From contig NC_058368.1 of the NCBI RefSeq assembly GCF_018350175.1, positions 15,316,001 through 15,380,000 of the forward strand: a stretch of 64,000 nt of DNA. Reading direction: 5' to 3'. Under the pieces are notes generated by a model. That model worked only from the letters and a program-made list of their open reading frames with translations. It made no database searches and was not told the DNA's origin. The stretch comes from Felis catus. Its lineage: Eukaryota. Positions 35,806 through 48,466 of this stretch are shown here, piece after piece (position 1 is the first letter of the stretch; each line of letters begins with the position of its first letter). A program made the position numbers and the translations under genes.

Positions 35806-37990
35806 CACAAGTACATACCTATCAATAATTACTTTGAATGTACATGGACTAAATGCTCCAATGAAAGACATAGGGTGATGGAAAGGATAAACATGCAAGA
35901 CCCATCTATATGCTGCCTATGAGAAACTCACTTCAGACCTAAAGACGTATACAGACTGAAAGTGAAGGATCAGAAAAGCACTTAAAATGCAAATGCAAGC
36001 AAAAGAAAGCTGGAGTAGCAATACTTCTATCGGATGAAATAGATTTTAAAACAAAGACTATAATGAAAGTCAAAGGAGGAAGCTCCATAATGATAAAGGA
36101 AATAATCCAACAAAACGATATAAAAATTATGAATATTTATGTATCCAGCATGAGAGCACCTAAATACATAAAGCAACTACTAACAGACATAAAGGAATAA
36201 ATTTACAGTAATATGATAATAGTAGGAGACTTTAACATCCAACTTGGATGAATAGATCATCTAGACAGAAAGTGAACAAGGAAACAGTGGTTTCAAATGA
36301 CATATTGGACCAGATGGATGTAACAAATATATTCATAATCGTCTATCCCCAAACAGCAGAATACACATTCTTTTCAAGTGCACGTGGAACATTCTCCAGA
36401 ACAAATCATATGTTAGATCACAAAACAAGTCTCAATGAATTAAAAAAGACTGAAATAATGTCGTGCTTCTTTTCTGACCACAATGGTAAGAAACAAGAAA
36501 TCAATCACAAGAAAAAAATCTGAAATGAAATCCGGATAAAGAAGTGGTATATATGTACAATACACAGGGGCTAAATAACATGCTACTAAATAATGAATGG
36601 ATCAACCAAGAAATCAAAGGGAAAAAAAATACATGATGAAAGAAATTAAAGATGACACAAACAAATGGAAAGATATTCTATATTCATGGATTAGAAAAAC
36701 CAATATTGTTAAAATTTCCATACTACCCAAAGCAATCTACAGATTTAATGGAATCCCTATCAAAATATCAATAGCAGTATTCACAGAACTAGAACAAATA
36801 GCCAAAGCAATCTTGAAAAAGAAGAACAAAGCAGGAAGTAGCACAATTCTGAATTCAAGATACACTACAAAGCTTCAGAAATCAAAACAGTATGGTACTG
36901 GCACAAAAGCAGACACAATGAAACAAAACAGAGAGACCAGAAGTAAACTTAATAAACTTTATGGTCAATTAACCTATGACAAAGAAGGCAAGAATATAAA
37001 ATAGGAAAAAGACAGTCTCTTCAATAAATGGTATTGGGAAAACTGGGCAGCTACATGCAAAAGAATGAAACTGAATCACTTTCTTACACCATGCATAAGA
37101 ATAAATTCAAAATGGATTAAAGACCTAGATGTGAGACCTGAAACCATAAAATTGCTAGTAAGAAACAGGCATTAATTTCTTTGTCATCAGCCATTGAAAC
37201 AATTTTCCAGATATATCTCCTCTTGCAAAAGAAACAAAAAATTAAACTGCTGGGACTACATCAAAATAAAAAGCTTTTACATAGCAAAGGAAACCATCAA
37301 CAGCACAAAAGGCAACCTAATGAGTGGGAGAAGATATTTCCAAGTGATATGTCCAATAAAGGGTTAATATCAAAAACATATGAAGAACTTATGCAACTCA
37401 TTACCAAAAAACCCTAATAATCCAATTAAAAATGGGCAAAGGACCTGAATAGACATTTTTCCAAAGAATATATAAAGACGGACAACAGACACATGAAAAG
37501 AGACTCAACATCACTAATCATGCAAATTAAAATGACAATGCAATATAACTTTGCACCTGTCGAAATGACTGAAATCAAATTCACAAGAAATAACAAATGT
37601 TGGCAAGGATGTGGAGATAAAGAAACCCTTATGCACCATTGGTAGGAATGCAAATTGCTGGAGCCACTGTGGAAAACAGTATGGAGGTTCCTCAAAAAAT
37701 AAGAAATAGAATAACCATATGATCCAGTAATTCCACTACCGGGTATTTACACAAAGAAAATGACAGCACTAATTCAAGAAGATACATGCATCCCTATCTT
37801 TATTGAAGCATCATTTACAATAGCTAAGATATGGAAGCAGGCCAAGTGTTCATCAGTAGATGAATGAATAAAGAAGTGGTATATATGTACAACAGAATTA
37901 CTCAGCCATAAAAAAGAATGAAACCTTGACCTTTGCACCATGTATGGAGCTGGAGGGTATAAGAGGCTAAGTGAAATATAAGTCAGTCCG
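35806..37990 (+). pseudogene. Disrupted L1 ORF2 relic: endonuclease and C-terminal region, RT missing
   Basis: YLSIITLNVHGLNAPMK; EYTFFSSARGTFSRTNHMLDHK...[43 protein letters not shown]. Confidence 0.9.
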
Positions 37991-39433
37991 AGGAAGACAA
38001 ATACAAGACAAATACCATATGATTTCACTCATGTGGAATTTAAGAAGCAAAACAAGTGAACAAACAAAGAGAGGGAAAAAACAGACTCTTAAATACAGAG
38101 AACAAACTGGTGGCTGCCAGAGGATAGATGGGTAGGGAATGGGTGAAATAGATAAAGGGAATTAAAAGTACGCTTAATTTTGATGAGCACTGAAAATGTA
38201 TAAAATTGTTCAATCAATATATTGTACACCTAAAATTAATATCATGCTGTATGTTAATTACACTTGAATGAATAAATAAATAAATAAATAAATAAATAAA
38301 GTTAAAAAAAAGTACTATCTTCTTCCATCATTTTACTGTAGATGAGAAAAGGGAAGGATAGAATCTTAAAATTCAAACCTTTTTATCCGTGTGAATTGCA
38401 GTCTTTTATAGAAAAGAAACTCAAGAAGCCTGATAATTTATTCCATGCATGAATGGTTGAACTGTCATCCATAGTATGGATAGCCTTGCTCAGAAAATAA
38501 ACAAACATTAAATGCTAGCTGGTGTTATTAATTTTCCCAACAGCCATAAACATACATTAAAGATGTAATGAGCAGGAATTTGTTTTACCATCATTATATA
38601 AAACAAGAAATACAGACCATTTAAAAAGGAGTTTAAATACTTACTGGATAAAGGCCAACACAGGCTCTGTTTATCCTTTGGAATTTCTATGTCAGGCTAA
38701 AGAACACAGGGCAACTAACCATTCAATTTGCTTTACTACTGATGAAAAGGAAGCAAGGAAAATTCTAAAAAAAAATTTCCATGATGATTCAATACATTTG
38801 CAAAATACATATCATTCTTAACATGTCTTAAAAAATAATCCAATGCACCTGTGGTTTGAAAATGCTATATTTTCCAGAATGTTAACCAATAAATGAATGC
38901 AGTTAACTTGCCAGGCTATTTCACTAAGGAGTTTGATGACCTCTGTCTTTGACCTCCATTGTTGGACCCTTACCTAGTCATTAGGAGCCACTGTTTCTGT
39001 GATTAAAATCATCCAGCAAAGATAATTTCCTAATTAAAAAGAAATTTCCTGTGAAATGAATTCTTTTTTCATTTACAAATATGACAGAACCCTTAGATGG
39101 AAGCCTGTATGTGCAGGTATCTTAATAACAAAGCAAATGAATATTGCTTGAATCACTAGCTGGTTAAATGAATCTGCCCAATTCTGCTGCTCCTTTCGTG
39201 GCTACCAGCAAAATTATCTGGTTTCTAAATGGATTTAAATTTCCAGCCAATAATCTTCAGGATGCCTTTACTTTGCTTCACAACAGGAGAAACACTAATT
39301 TGGATGGAGTTGCTAGCTCCAGATAAAAGGAATGGCTTGGCTTTGTCACCCTTTGGTATTTTGCCCAAACTTGTAAGGTTTGTCCTTTTATTTATTTATT
39401 TTTTATTTTATTATTATTATTATTATTATTTTT

Positions 39434-39642
39434 CTTTCACGTTTTTATTTTATTTTTGGGACAGAGAGAGACAGAGCATGAACGGGGGAGGGGCAGAGAG
39501 AGAGGGAGACACAGAATCGGAAACAGGCTCCAGGCTCCGAGCCATCAGCCCAGAGCCTGACGCGGGGCTCGAACTCACGGACTGCGAGATCGTGACCTGG
39601 CTGAAGTCGGACGCTTAACCGACTGTGCCACCCAGGCGCCCC
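39434..39642 (-). mobile_element. Young felid CanSINE in the tail of an L1 stub
   Basis: TSD TATTATTATTTTT at 39421-39433 and 39643-39655. Confidence 0.95.
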
Positions 39643-39654
39643 TATTATTATTTT

Positions 39655-39742
39655 TTTAATAAGAAATTTATTGTCAAATTGGTTTCCATACAACACCCAG
39701 TGCTCATCCCAACAGGTGCCCTCCTCAATGCCCATCACTCAC
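39655..39742 (-). mobile_element. Short felid L1 3' stub
   Basis: 'ttattgtcaaattggtttccatacaacacccagtgctcatcccaacaggtgccctcctcaatgcccatcac'. Confidence 0.88.
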
Positions 39743-39875
39743 TCAAGTCTTTGATTAAACCCCACATATATTTGGAGTTTCCAAGGATTTGCAACACTTT
39801 CTTCTCCATGTGTTTCCAGACATAGTTCTCTCCTTTCCCATGAATTTTTTCCTGCAATCTGTCTTTAGTCCACAG

Positions 39876-40222
39876 TGAATGAGACTAAATATTTGTGTCC
39901 TTTTGAAAAGCCTATGTTGAAATCCTCACCCGCTAGGAGATGGTTTCAGGAGGGGGGCCTTTAGGAGGTGATTAGGTCTTGAGAGTGGAGCCCTCATGAT
40001 GGGATTAGTGTACTTACAAAAGAAGCCCTAGACGAGCTCTTGTCTTGTCTGCCATGTGAGGTTCCAGTGGGAAGACAGTGGTCTAAGAAGTGGGCTCTCA
40101 CCAGACACTGAAATCTGCTAGCGCCATGTTGTTCCAGGCCCCAGAACTGTGATAAATTTCCACCACTTATAAGCCACCCTGTCTCTGGCATTTTGTTCCG
40201 GCAGCCCAGATGAACTAAGTCA
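39876..40222 (+). mobile_element. MaLR solo LTR (MLT1A-like)
   Basis: 'ggcctttaggaggtgattaggtcttgagagtggagccctcatgatgggattagtg...gaactaagtca'. Confidence 0.85.
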
Positions 40223-40925
40223 TGGGTTGAGAAGAGATCTGGTAAAGATGTAATGGAAGCAGTTGATACTGTTGTCTTAGATAAGTTTCCTGAGCCGCTT
40301 GAGTTTTGCATTTCCAGTCTTTCCAGCTCCAGTATTCCATGAAAAATGAGAGAGCTTATCATACACAGGAAGGCCCATTCGGGCACACTGGAGTTTAATG
40401 AGTGTGCACAGCTTTACCAGACTTTCTATTAGACATATTTAGCCAAGCTTAACTTCAATAGCTGGCGTTTCTGATATAGTGTGATGGCCAACTGAAATTT
40501 AGAAAACGTAAGCATTACAAAAGTGATGGCATAGGACAAACCTCTACAAAGTGAACACCAACAACTGATAGTAACTTCAATTATTAAATTTCATGAGCCA
40601 TGGAACTCAGCTTCCATCTAAATGTATTTTCTCATGACTGTTATTTTACATTGATTAGGTAGATAGATTGGGAGATAGATATAGAATGTGTGTACATGCA
40701 ATCCAAAAGAATAACATTCAACCTCATCCAGGATCCTTTGCCTTTATCAGGAAGGGGTAAAACCATCAATAATCTGGGCAAATGATAAGAACCCTGGATT
40801 GGTGAAATTAGTGGATTAATGACCAACATTTTATTCTCCCATATCAGTAAACAACAGTTTGGTGCATATACCTTTCTCTTGATGTTAGAAAAGGCAGCTT
40901 GCTCAGGTAGCAAGAACCAAGACCC

Positions 40926-41081
40926 GGGGCACCTGTGTGGCTCATTTGGTTAAGTGTCCGACATCAGCTCAGGTCATGGTCTCACGATTTGTGAGTCTGA
41001 GTCCCACATAGGGATCTGTGCTGACAGCATGGAGTCTGCTTCAAATCCTCTGTCCCCCTCTCTGTCTGCCTCTGTCTGCTT

Positions 41082-41134
<53 letters not shown>

Positions 41135-41162
41135 AAATGAATAAATAAACATTAAAAAAAAA
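40926..41162 (+). mobile_element. CanSINE with long (CT)n
   Basis: TSD AAGAACCAA(G/C)ACCC. Confidence 0.92.
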
Positions 41163-41179
41163 AAGAACCAACACCCTGA

Positions 41180-41400
41180 GACAGTATGACAAAGTGGTGA
41201 CACAGGCTCTACCCACAGAAGACCAGAGTTTAAATCCCACTGCAGCCTCATATTAGCTGTTTGTACTTGGCCTAGTAACTCGACCTTACCACACTTCAGA
41301 GTTTTTTTTTTTTTTAATCTTATCTGAAAAGTGGAGATATAAAAATACCCATCTGTAAGATCATTCTGAGTATTAAATGAGACATTACTGCATAAGTAAG
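41180..41400 (+). mobile_element. MIR
   Basis: 'gagtttaaatcccac...tattagctgtttgtacttgg...atctgaaaagtggagatataa'. Confidence 0.7.
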
Positions 41401-42226
41401 CAACCAAAAGATATTTGTTTTGAAAACGTGGATTCTAACCCTTATCTTCCCAAAACCATGTTATAAACAACTTACAATTGTGGCATCTTCTCTTGCCTGG
41501 CAGTCTGCAGAGGAGGGTACTCACACTTGCTTCAAGGGTAGCATGAGAGCCCCAGCAGAGAAGTTGGAATCTGAAGGGTGAGTATTAGTCGTGCATGAAC
41601 ATTATTTTCCAGGGAGCCATAAGCCAGGCAGCAGCTGGCTGATTCCTTCGTTTCCCCAGGAAAGGAGAAAAGTACAAAGGGTGGCCTTTTTGTGTCAGTT
41701 TTCTGGTAGGAGGACCTCACCAGAAATCTCACAGACATGGAGAATCAAGTTGAGCAGAGCCCAACAAAATGGTAGGCCACCTGACCTTCTTCCAATTGTC
41801 TTAACAGTCCATGCCTAATGAATGAGTCCAACTAATGATAATGTCTCCCTTCTTAAGTTGCAAAATATGCAGAGATTTTAAAAAGGCAGAAAAGCAGATA
41901 GCAACTCTCAGGCTCTTCAACTTGAAGCAGCTGTTATGGCTTTCCAAACACTTTCCAAATGTTAATTTACTAATTGCTCTTACGTATTTATCCTCTTTCC
42001 AAGAGGTCTTGAAGTCAATAAATAGTGAAGTTGTACTCCTCTAATACAGGAAGATACAGATAAGCACAATCATAGTAAATTTGTGGCAGAGAGAAGAACA
42101 TGTTTTGCTTTCCAATCCTTTCTGGTAAGTGCCAAAGACTGCTTCCCATGAGGAGAGACAATATCTACTCTCACATTTGGAAATAAGAAGATTGCATTTA
42201 GACCATTTGATAATAGTACTTTCAGC

Positions 42227-42233
42227 CCGCGCG

Positions 42234-42270
<37 letters not shown>
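42227..42270. repeat. Compound (CG)n(CA)n microsatellite
   Basis: cgcgcgcacgcgcgcgcacacac... alternating purine-pyrimidine. Confidence 0.95.
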
Positions 42271-42602
42271 TCCTACTTGCACTCTGGAGACTCGTAACTC
42301 ATCTGGATTATTTGTTCTTGGAAGTAACTAAGCACAGAAAGGCAGAAGACATATCACAGAGACATGGATAAATACACCTAATTATAGACTGAGCTATTAG
42401 CATGACATGATTGCTGTTTCTGAAAATGATCTGACAGGCTGCGAAAGCACCCCTGTCACCGGCTAGCCCGTCTGTTAGCAAACAGGGCTCTGCAAAGAGC
42501 AGTCCCTGCTATGACACTCTCCCCAGCTGGGTCTGTGGTTCTGTGCCTCAATGTCTTTCCTTTGCTTTGCTCATGAGAATGAGTTCCATATTTCAAGTCA
42601 CC

Positions 42603-42633
<31 letters not shown>

Positions 42634-44076
42634 TGGATCAAACATGCTACAGGCATCCTCATGCTTTCCTAGGTAATGCTGATGTTTCTCAGTTCACTTA
42701 GTCAACAGTAAAAACCCAGGTGGACACTGGCCAAATGCAGAGCCCCATAAATCGAAAGGCCTGGGCGCACCCTGCGTGGAGAATTTGTAAATCCACTCTG
42801 CAGCACCTCCTGCATAGGAGAGCTCTTTGTCCTTTATTTGTTTGGCCCTCACAATTCATTTAGATCAAATCAAACGCTGGTTTATGCCCAAATTCCCTGT
42901 GTCTAATGACTACCAAGTGAAACTTCATTTGTTTTCGTTGGATTTTATTTTATAGCACGGAGACCAGCGAGTCATAAGATTTCCCTCCTCTGTTTACAAA
43001 GTACCAACCCCATCCAGGAAAAGAGGTAAATGATTCTGGTGCTCGGTCCAAGACCTGTAACAGATGCACATGGCATACAGGATTTTTCACAAATGTGCAA
43101 GGGTGCTCAGCTTCTGGCTGAGTTTACTTGGGAAAGAGGCTCTCTTAAAATATTTAGGGATAATTTTGGAAACAAATATGAAGCATGAAGAGTTGGTGGG
43201 AGTGGGGGGTTACATCTGCAATAGGGATAGTATATACACTTTATTAATGTATTTTCTTTTTGCCTACCTGAGTTCTTCACCTTGGTCTTGGTTGACCCAA
43301 GGTTTCTATCTAAATGCAGGGGTGGGGAAGGGTTTGGGAAATACTACAGAAAGACTGCAGAGAGAAAGCTGGAGATAATATTTAACTGCTCCTATGCACA
43401 TTAGTATTTTGCAACAGAGCAATAGCCCTAAAAACCAGGTAGCTGTCATGATAGAAAATTTGCTAAATGCCTTTACACATTTATTCTCACTCATCTTTAG
43501 TATGTCAACAGCCCTGCCTGAAAAACTCACACTGTTGGGTTTTCCTCAGGTGAGATGTTAACCCTTCTGACTTTGACAGCAATGTCAGCAGGCCCAGTAG
43601 CTAATGACATAAAACCTTCTTAGAATTTGGGCTTGGAGAGGGGCAGGTTCACTAGATAAGAGACGATACCATTAGCAACTCAGGAAAGATGATCACTTAC
43701 GATGACCTCTTAGGATGTCTTCCTACCAACAAGTTAGTTATGCCATAGGGTCAGACAGAACAGAGTTCTCAGGTTTAACTTACCAGGCTACTGCCAGTGC
43801 CCACAGGCCATGGATGCCAAATTGATGGCGAGTGGACCAGCCAATCAGCCTGCTGTGACCGCAAGGTAACCCTGCAGCAGTCTAGGCTGGACCAAAGTTG
43901 TAGCAGACACTCAGGGGTCTAGAGCTGGCTGGAGTCAAGGAGAAGCCACTACACCCAGGGAGTGCTTCTGGGCCTTGACCAAGCTAAGAGAGATCATGTC
44001 ATAAGCTAATTTATCCAGTCTGGGAGCCAGCAGTCCCCATGAGGGACAGAAACATCACTCGGGAAGTAAGACTCTC

Positions 44077-44294
44077 AGGGCACCTGGGTGGCTCAGTTGA
44101 TTGGGCGTCCCACTTCAGCTCAGGTCATGATTTCACGGTTTGGGAGTTCAAGCCCTGCATCAGGTTCTGTGCCAACAGCTCGGAGCCTGGAGCGTGCTTC
44201 GGATTCTGTGTCTCCCTTTCTCTCTGCCCCCTCCCCCGCTCATGCTCTGTCTCTGTCTCTCCCTCTCAAAAATAAATTAAAAAAAAAAAAAAAA
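44077..44294 (+). mobile_element. CanSINE
   Basis: 15-bp TSD GGAAGTAAGACTCTC at 44062-44076 and 44295-44309. Confidence 0.95.
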
Positions 44295-44671
44295 GGAAGT
44301 AAGACTCTCTTACACAATATTGCATTCTATCTATCCTAGGGAGAGAAGCAGGGAAAGAGGGAGGGGAAGGGCTATCTCTCTAAGGAACTAATTATTTTTC
44401 CTAAAATGCCCAAAGATTAGCTGAAGGGATGCGCATGCACACATAATGGATCAGATTAAATTTAAACTGGATTGGACATTTAGCTAACAGCGCTCTTGCC
44501 AACCAGTGGGTAGAGGCTTGGAAGAAATGCTGGTTCAGAGTTCTGCTAAAGGGTTTGGCAAACAGGCAGAATTACATTCCTCATTTGCAAAAAAGATGCC
44601 ACTATCTTTGGGACAAGCTGAGGCATTCTTCCTCTTTGCCAAATTTGAGTACCTCTGAAAGTGATTTTCAT

Positions 44672-44702
<31 letters not shown>

Positions 44703-45689
44703 GTGATTTTCTTTTCATTTCTTTACTTTTCAACCTTTCTTTAAATTGTATTTACTTATTTACTTTTATGAATTCATCCTAAATCTTTTCAAGGAAAAAG
44801 AAAGCCATATATAGCCAAATATAAACTTTACTATAAGTAACCCAGGATGCTCTCTCAAGTTAGACAAGAGCTTGCACTTAGCTGGACTGTCGATTGGTTT
44901 GCTCAGAAGAAGCTTTGGGCTGAGTTTATTTGTGAAAGAGGGTCTTTTGAAATTTGTTTTGGAAACAAATATGGCATATGTGAAATGGGTGCTCACTTAC
45001 GGAGCTTCAACAAGCAACCTCATGTAATTTGTTGCAAGATGACAGTGACATGTTTCCGTGATGCCTGAGAGCATGATCTTGAGGTCCTGTAGGTTCTGGT
45101 CCTCTCCCTCCCTTGGAAGGAGGCAGTTACTCAGTTCAGAGTCAAAGGGACCTAATTTGATTATTAACCCCTCATCTCATTGCACTGATGCATTAATGAG
45201 ATAAGGCACATAAAATCAAACCTTCCACAAATGGAAACTGTTATAATTATAATCATTTTTTTAAATGTGGCAACTGATTATTGATGGAAAGTGATTTGAG
45301 TTTTACTCAAACAGCAAAAGTTGAAACAAGCAAAACTCTCTAGCCAACTTGCTTGTAAGCATCTATACTATTCTAGGGAACTCTTGGGGTCCCAGGCTCA
45401 GAAGTCCAGGAAGATGGCAGGCCTTATATCCACACACAAGACAGGGTGATGACAGAAGAATCGTAATTGCCAGCGTTACTATGTATCTATGGGTGAAATG
45501 TCTAAGCACTTTATGAGAACTATCTCACTTAATCTTCAGATTGAAGAGTCCCTTGGAGGACCGGAGAACTTCTGAGATGCCAGAGAAAAAAAGCCCATGA
45601 ATCCTAGGTACCTATTAGGAGAAGGAGAGAACTCTACATTATGGATGAGGGCCAGAGAGAAAAGTGACAGGTTTAATTAAGAGCTTCCT

Positions 45690-45894
45690 GGGGCGCCTGG
45701 GTGGCGCAGTCGGTTAAGCGTCCGACTTCAGCCAGGTCACGATCTCGCGGTCGGTGAGTTCGAGCCCCGCGTCAGGCTCTGGGCTGATGGCTCAGAGCCT
45801 GGAGCCTGTTTCCGATTCTGTGTCTCCCTCTCTCTCTGCCCCTCCCCCGTTCATGCTCTGTCTCTCTCTGTCCCAAAAATAAATAAACGTTGAA
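45690..45894 (+). mobile_element. Young felid CanSINE, almost no A-tail
   Basis: TSD AAGAGCTTCCT at 45679-45689 and 45895-45905. Confidence 0.97.
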
Positions 45895-47769
45895 AAGAGC
45901 TTCCTTCACATAATCTAGATATGCCCGCATGTGTGTTTGCTTGTACCATACATAAAGGCCATGTAATCACAGACAGAGAAGAGATCCGGGTGGGAGGGGC
46001 ATGTGGGGTAGTTTCTAATGTCACTGTAAATAATCACATTTGTATACCACTTTACAGTCTATAATGCACTTTCATATACATAATCTCACCAGATACTCCA
46101 GCAAGAAGTGTTCCCACTTACAGGTCCTTTCTCTGTGTGGCACCAGTAGAAAGCAATTAGCATGTGCATGAAACTAACAGTTTATACTTCATTCTTCAAA
46201 GCTAATCATCTCCCAGTAGTTTTGTTTGTTCATTCGTTTTTATGTGAATTTTCTGTTCATTGTGAATAGAACTGGGGACAACAGGGGTTACGGCTTCTAA
46301 AAATGTCCTCAATACCTTTAAAATGCTAATACTTGTCCCTTGCGTAGGCTCTGCCCGAGACAGCACTTACATGTGCCAAAGCTTGTAAGCGAGTCACAAG
46401 ACCTTACTTTAACATGACACTCACTTCGATAAAGGAAGCCCAAATAGACCCCAATTAAGAGTTTTCTTGTTGTTCTTCCAAGCTGTTTACAAATTCTAAC
46501 AGGTTTTGGTCATGGATGATACTGGGTGGCTGTAACATATGCTGTTTTGCAAAGAGTGTGTACATGTGTGAAACCACCAGCTTTCCACACACGGGTTACC
46601 CAGATGGCGAGGATCATGCTTTCACTTCCATCTGCCGGATCACCCTGATGTCAAGGATGTGCGGCTCTCCCAGCACTGCTCCTCTACCCCAAGCCAGTGG
46701 GAAGATTCTCTGGTTCTCAGCTACCCACTAAAATGCTTCCTTCCTTAGAATTTGTCTACTGATATCCTCCCACCCCCCGCCCATATCAGATTAATGGCAC
46801 GGCAATAAAAGATGTGAAGCAGTGATTATTTCACTGAGGTTCAAAGGGAACAGCATACCCACAGAGCACCACTTCCTTTAAATTGGCAGATTTCCGCTTG
46901 GGGCTTCATTTGCCGAACACTGGTGTGGACAGAGGTGGCTGCCAGTATGAGCCAAGTTCCCATCATAGCCGACTGGTGGCAGTGGCACATCCCAGAGGCG
47001 ACTCCAGCTGTGGGCGACTGTATGCTACCTACTGGGAAAGACCATGGCCTTTCAGAGAGCAGGCAGAGCTTTGTGGGACTGAATGCAATGCCACCTTTCC
47101 CACTCTTTCCATATTTCCCCACAAGTACAATGCAGCGTTAGGGGTTCTCCCACTCCCATGCACAGTTGTCCTGATTGATGTTTAAAAACAATATATGCAA
47201 ATGTCTGTCTATCTAGCTATATGAATAGATGCATAAATACATGTATGAATCACAAAAATAATCCTGTCAAAAGTGAGACCATGAGCCATAATTAAAATCT
47301 CATGTTAAAAATTGTTGGTGCTGTTATTCTATTTTGGTTCCTAGCAAATGAAATATTTGCTCTTCTTACTTCTGCCCATTTTCACTGGAGCAAACGTACA
47401 CCCCTTCCCAGGGGACAAGAAGGATAGCCTCTTAGATTCATACCTGCAGGTGTAGGTGGTGAGGTTTTCTCAGAGGGGAAGTAGAGGCACCGCATGGCAT
47501 TGGCCAGGGACTTGGAGGGAAGAATTTTAAAGCCAAATGGTTCGTTCAACTAGTTTCAATGTATTGGGAGGGGACATATAACCATCAGATCTAAAAGCTG
47601 ATTTCCATGTGTTTATTCATTTGTTCACTCAATGCATATTTACTAAGAGGTTCTATATTCCCTCTGAGGACACAGACAAATCAGTGTGAGACATTTCCTC
47701 CCAAGTAACATATGATATCCGTGCAGGGAAGGATTCCTCTACCACCACCTTTAATTACCCACTTGGATG

Positions 47770-48090
47770 TGTTTCAGAGCATTTTCACATCACTCGTCCC
47801 CTTTGATCCCACTGAAACAGGCAAGGCTGGCATTATTCTCCTCACTGACAGGTGAGAAGACCAACGCCTATTTAGGCTGTGCTACAGATGCTGGTGGAGC
47901 TCCGGCACCAGAGCCACTCGCTAATTTTGTGACCCAGGGCAAGGTGTCTGACGGCTCTGAGCCTCGGTTTTCTTCTCTGTAAAAAGGGCATGGACAGGAC
48001 CTGCCAATTTAATAAAATAATGTTTGTAAGGTGCTTGGCACCATGCCCAATACATAACAGGTGCTCAAGAAACAGGGGCTGTTCTAAGAT
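47770..48090. mobile_element. Two MIR fragments (minus, then plus)
   Basis: 'cattattctcctcactgacaggtgagaagacc' and 'tgtgacccagggcaag...ctctgagcctcggttttcttctctgtaaaaaggg'. Confidence 0.65.
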
Positions 48091-48450
48091 AGGTTCTTAG
48101 TTATTGCCACTGCTATAAGGATACTGTTATGAAGATGATGTGCCACATGGGGCTGGCTCTCCTGATATTTTCTGAAGCAATGTCTAGCTCACTTTCAGCC
48201 TTTGGAGTCACCAATGGGTCTTGGTTGAGAGACAGTAAAGCAGGTTTAGTGGCAGCATCCTCACCCCCCTTTTTTTTTTTTCAATCTACCCACCAACATA
48301 CATGCATATGTGTGGATGTGTGCATGCACACTCATACTCAGGCCCATCTCTAGCCTCTGTATCACCTCCACCCTTTTAGGCTATGGTAGAAACGGGGTCA
48401 GGTAACTTCGGAGAAGGTGCTGCGCTGTAGGAGGGCTGCCGAGAGCTGAG

Positions 48451-48466
48451 CGGTTGCTAGGTTACC
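48451..48466. promoter_or_regulatory. RFX X-box motif
   Basis: CGGTTGCTAGGTTACC (reverse complement GGTAACCTAGCAACCG) fits GTNRCC-N(0-3)-RGYAAC in non-repeat, CpG-retaining sequence. Confidence 0.5.

Larger units (their letters stand above)
31975..38307 (+). mobile_element. Carnivore L1 (partial 5'UTR, ORF1, ORF2 with RT deletion, 3'UTR, A-tail) with nested insertions
   Basis: Perfect 14-bp TSD AAAAGTACTATCTT at 31961-31974 and 38308-38321; (AAAT)n tail; ORF1 and ORF2 relic peptides. Confidence 0.93.

Noticed and set aside
43730..44314. Possible very old LTR (CCAAT box, ends TTACA)
   Set aside because: Cannot assign a family or 5' boundary by eye
44990..45090. Minus-strand donor CC|GTAAGT (similar ones near 13830 and 46368)
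   Set aside because: No convincing paired acceptor; this hexamer is expected by chance every few kb
46960..46990. CTCF-like CCGACTGGTGGCAG
   Set aside because: Mismatches at core positions; not distinguishable from chance without PWM or ChIP data
48380..48401. 22-nt micro-exon-like segment (ttttAG|...CAG|GTAACT)
   Set aside because: Not a multiple of three and no supporting context
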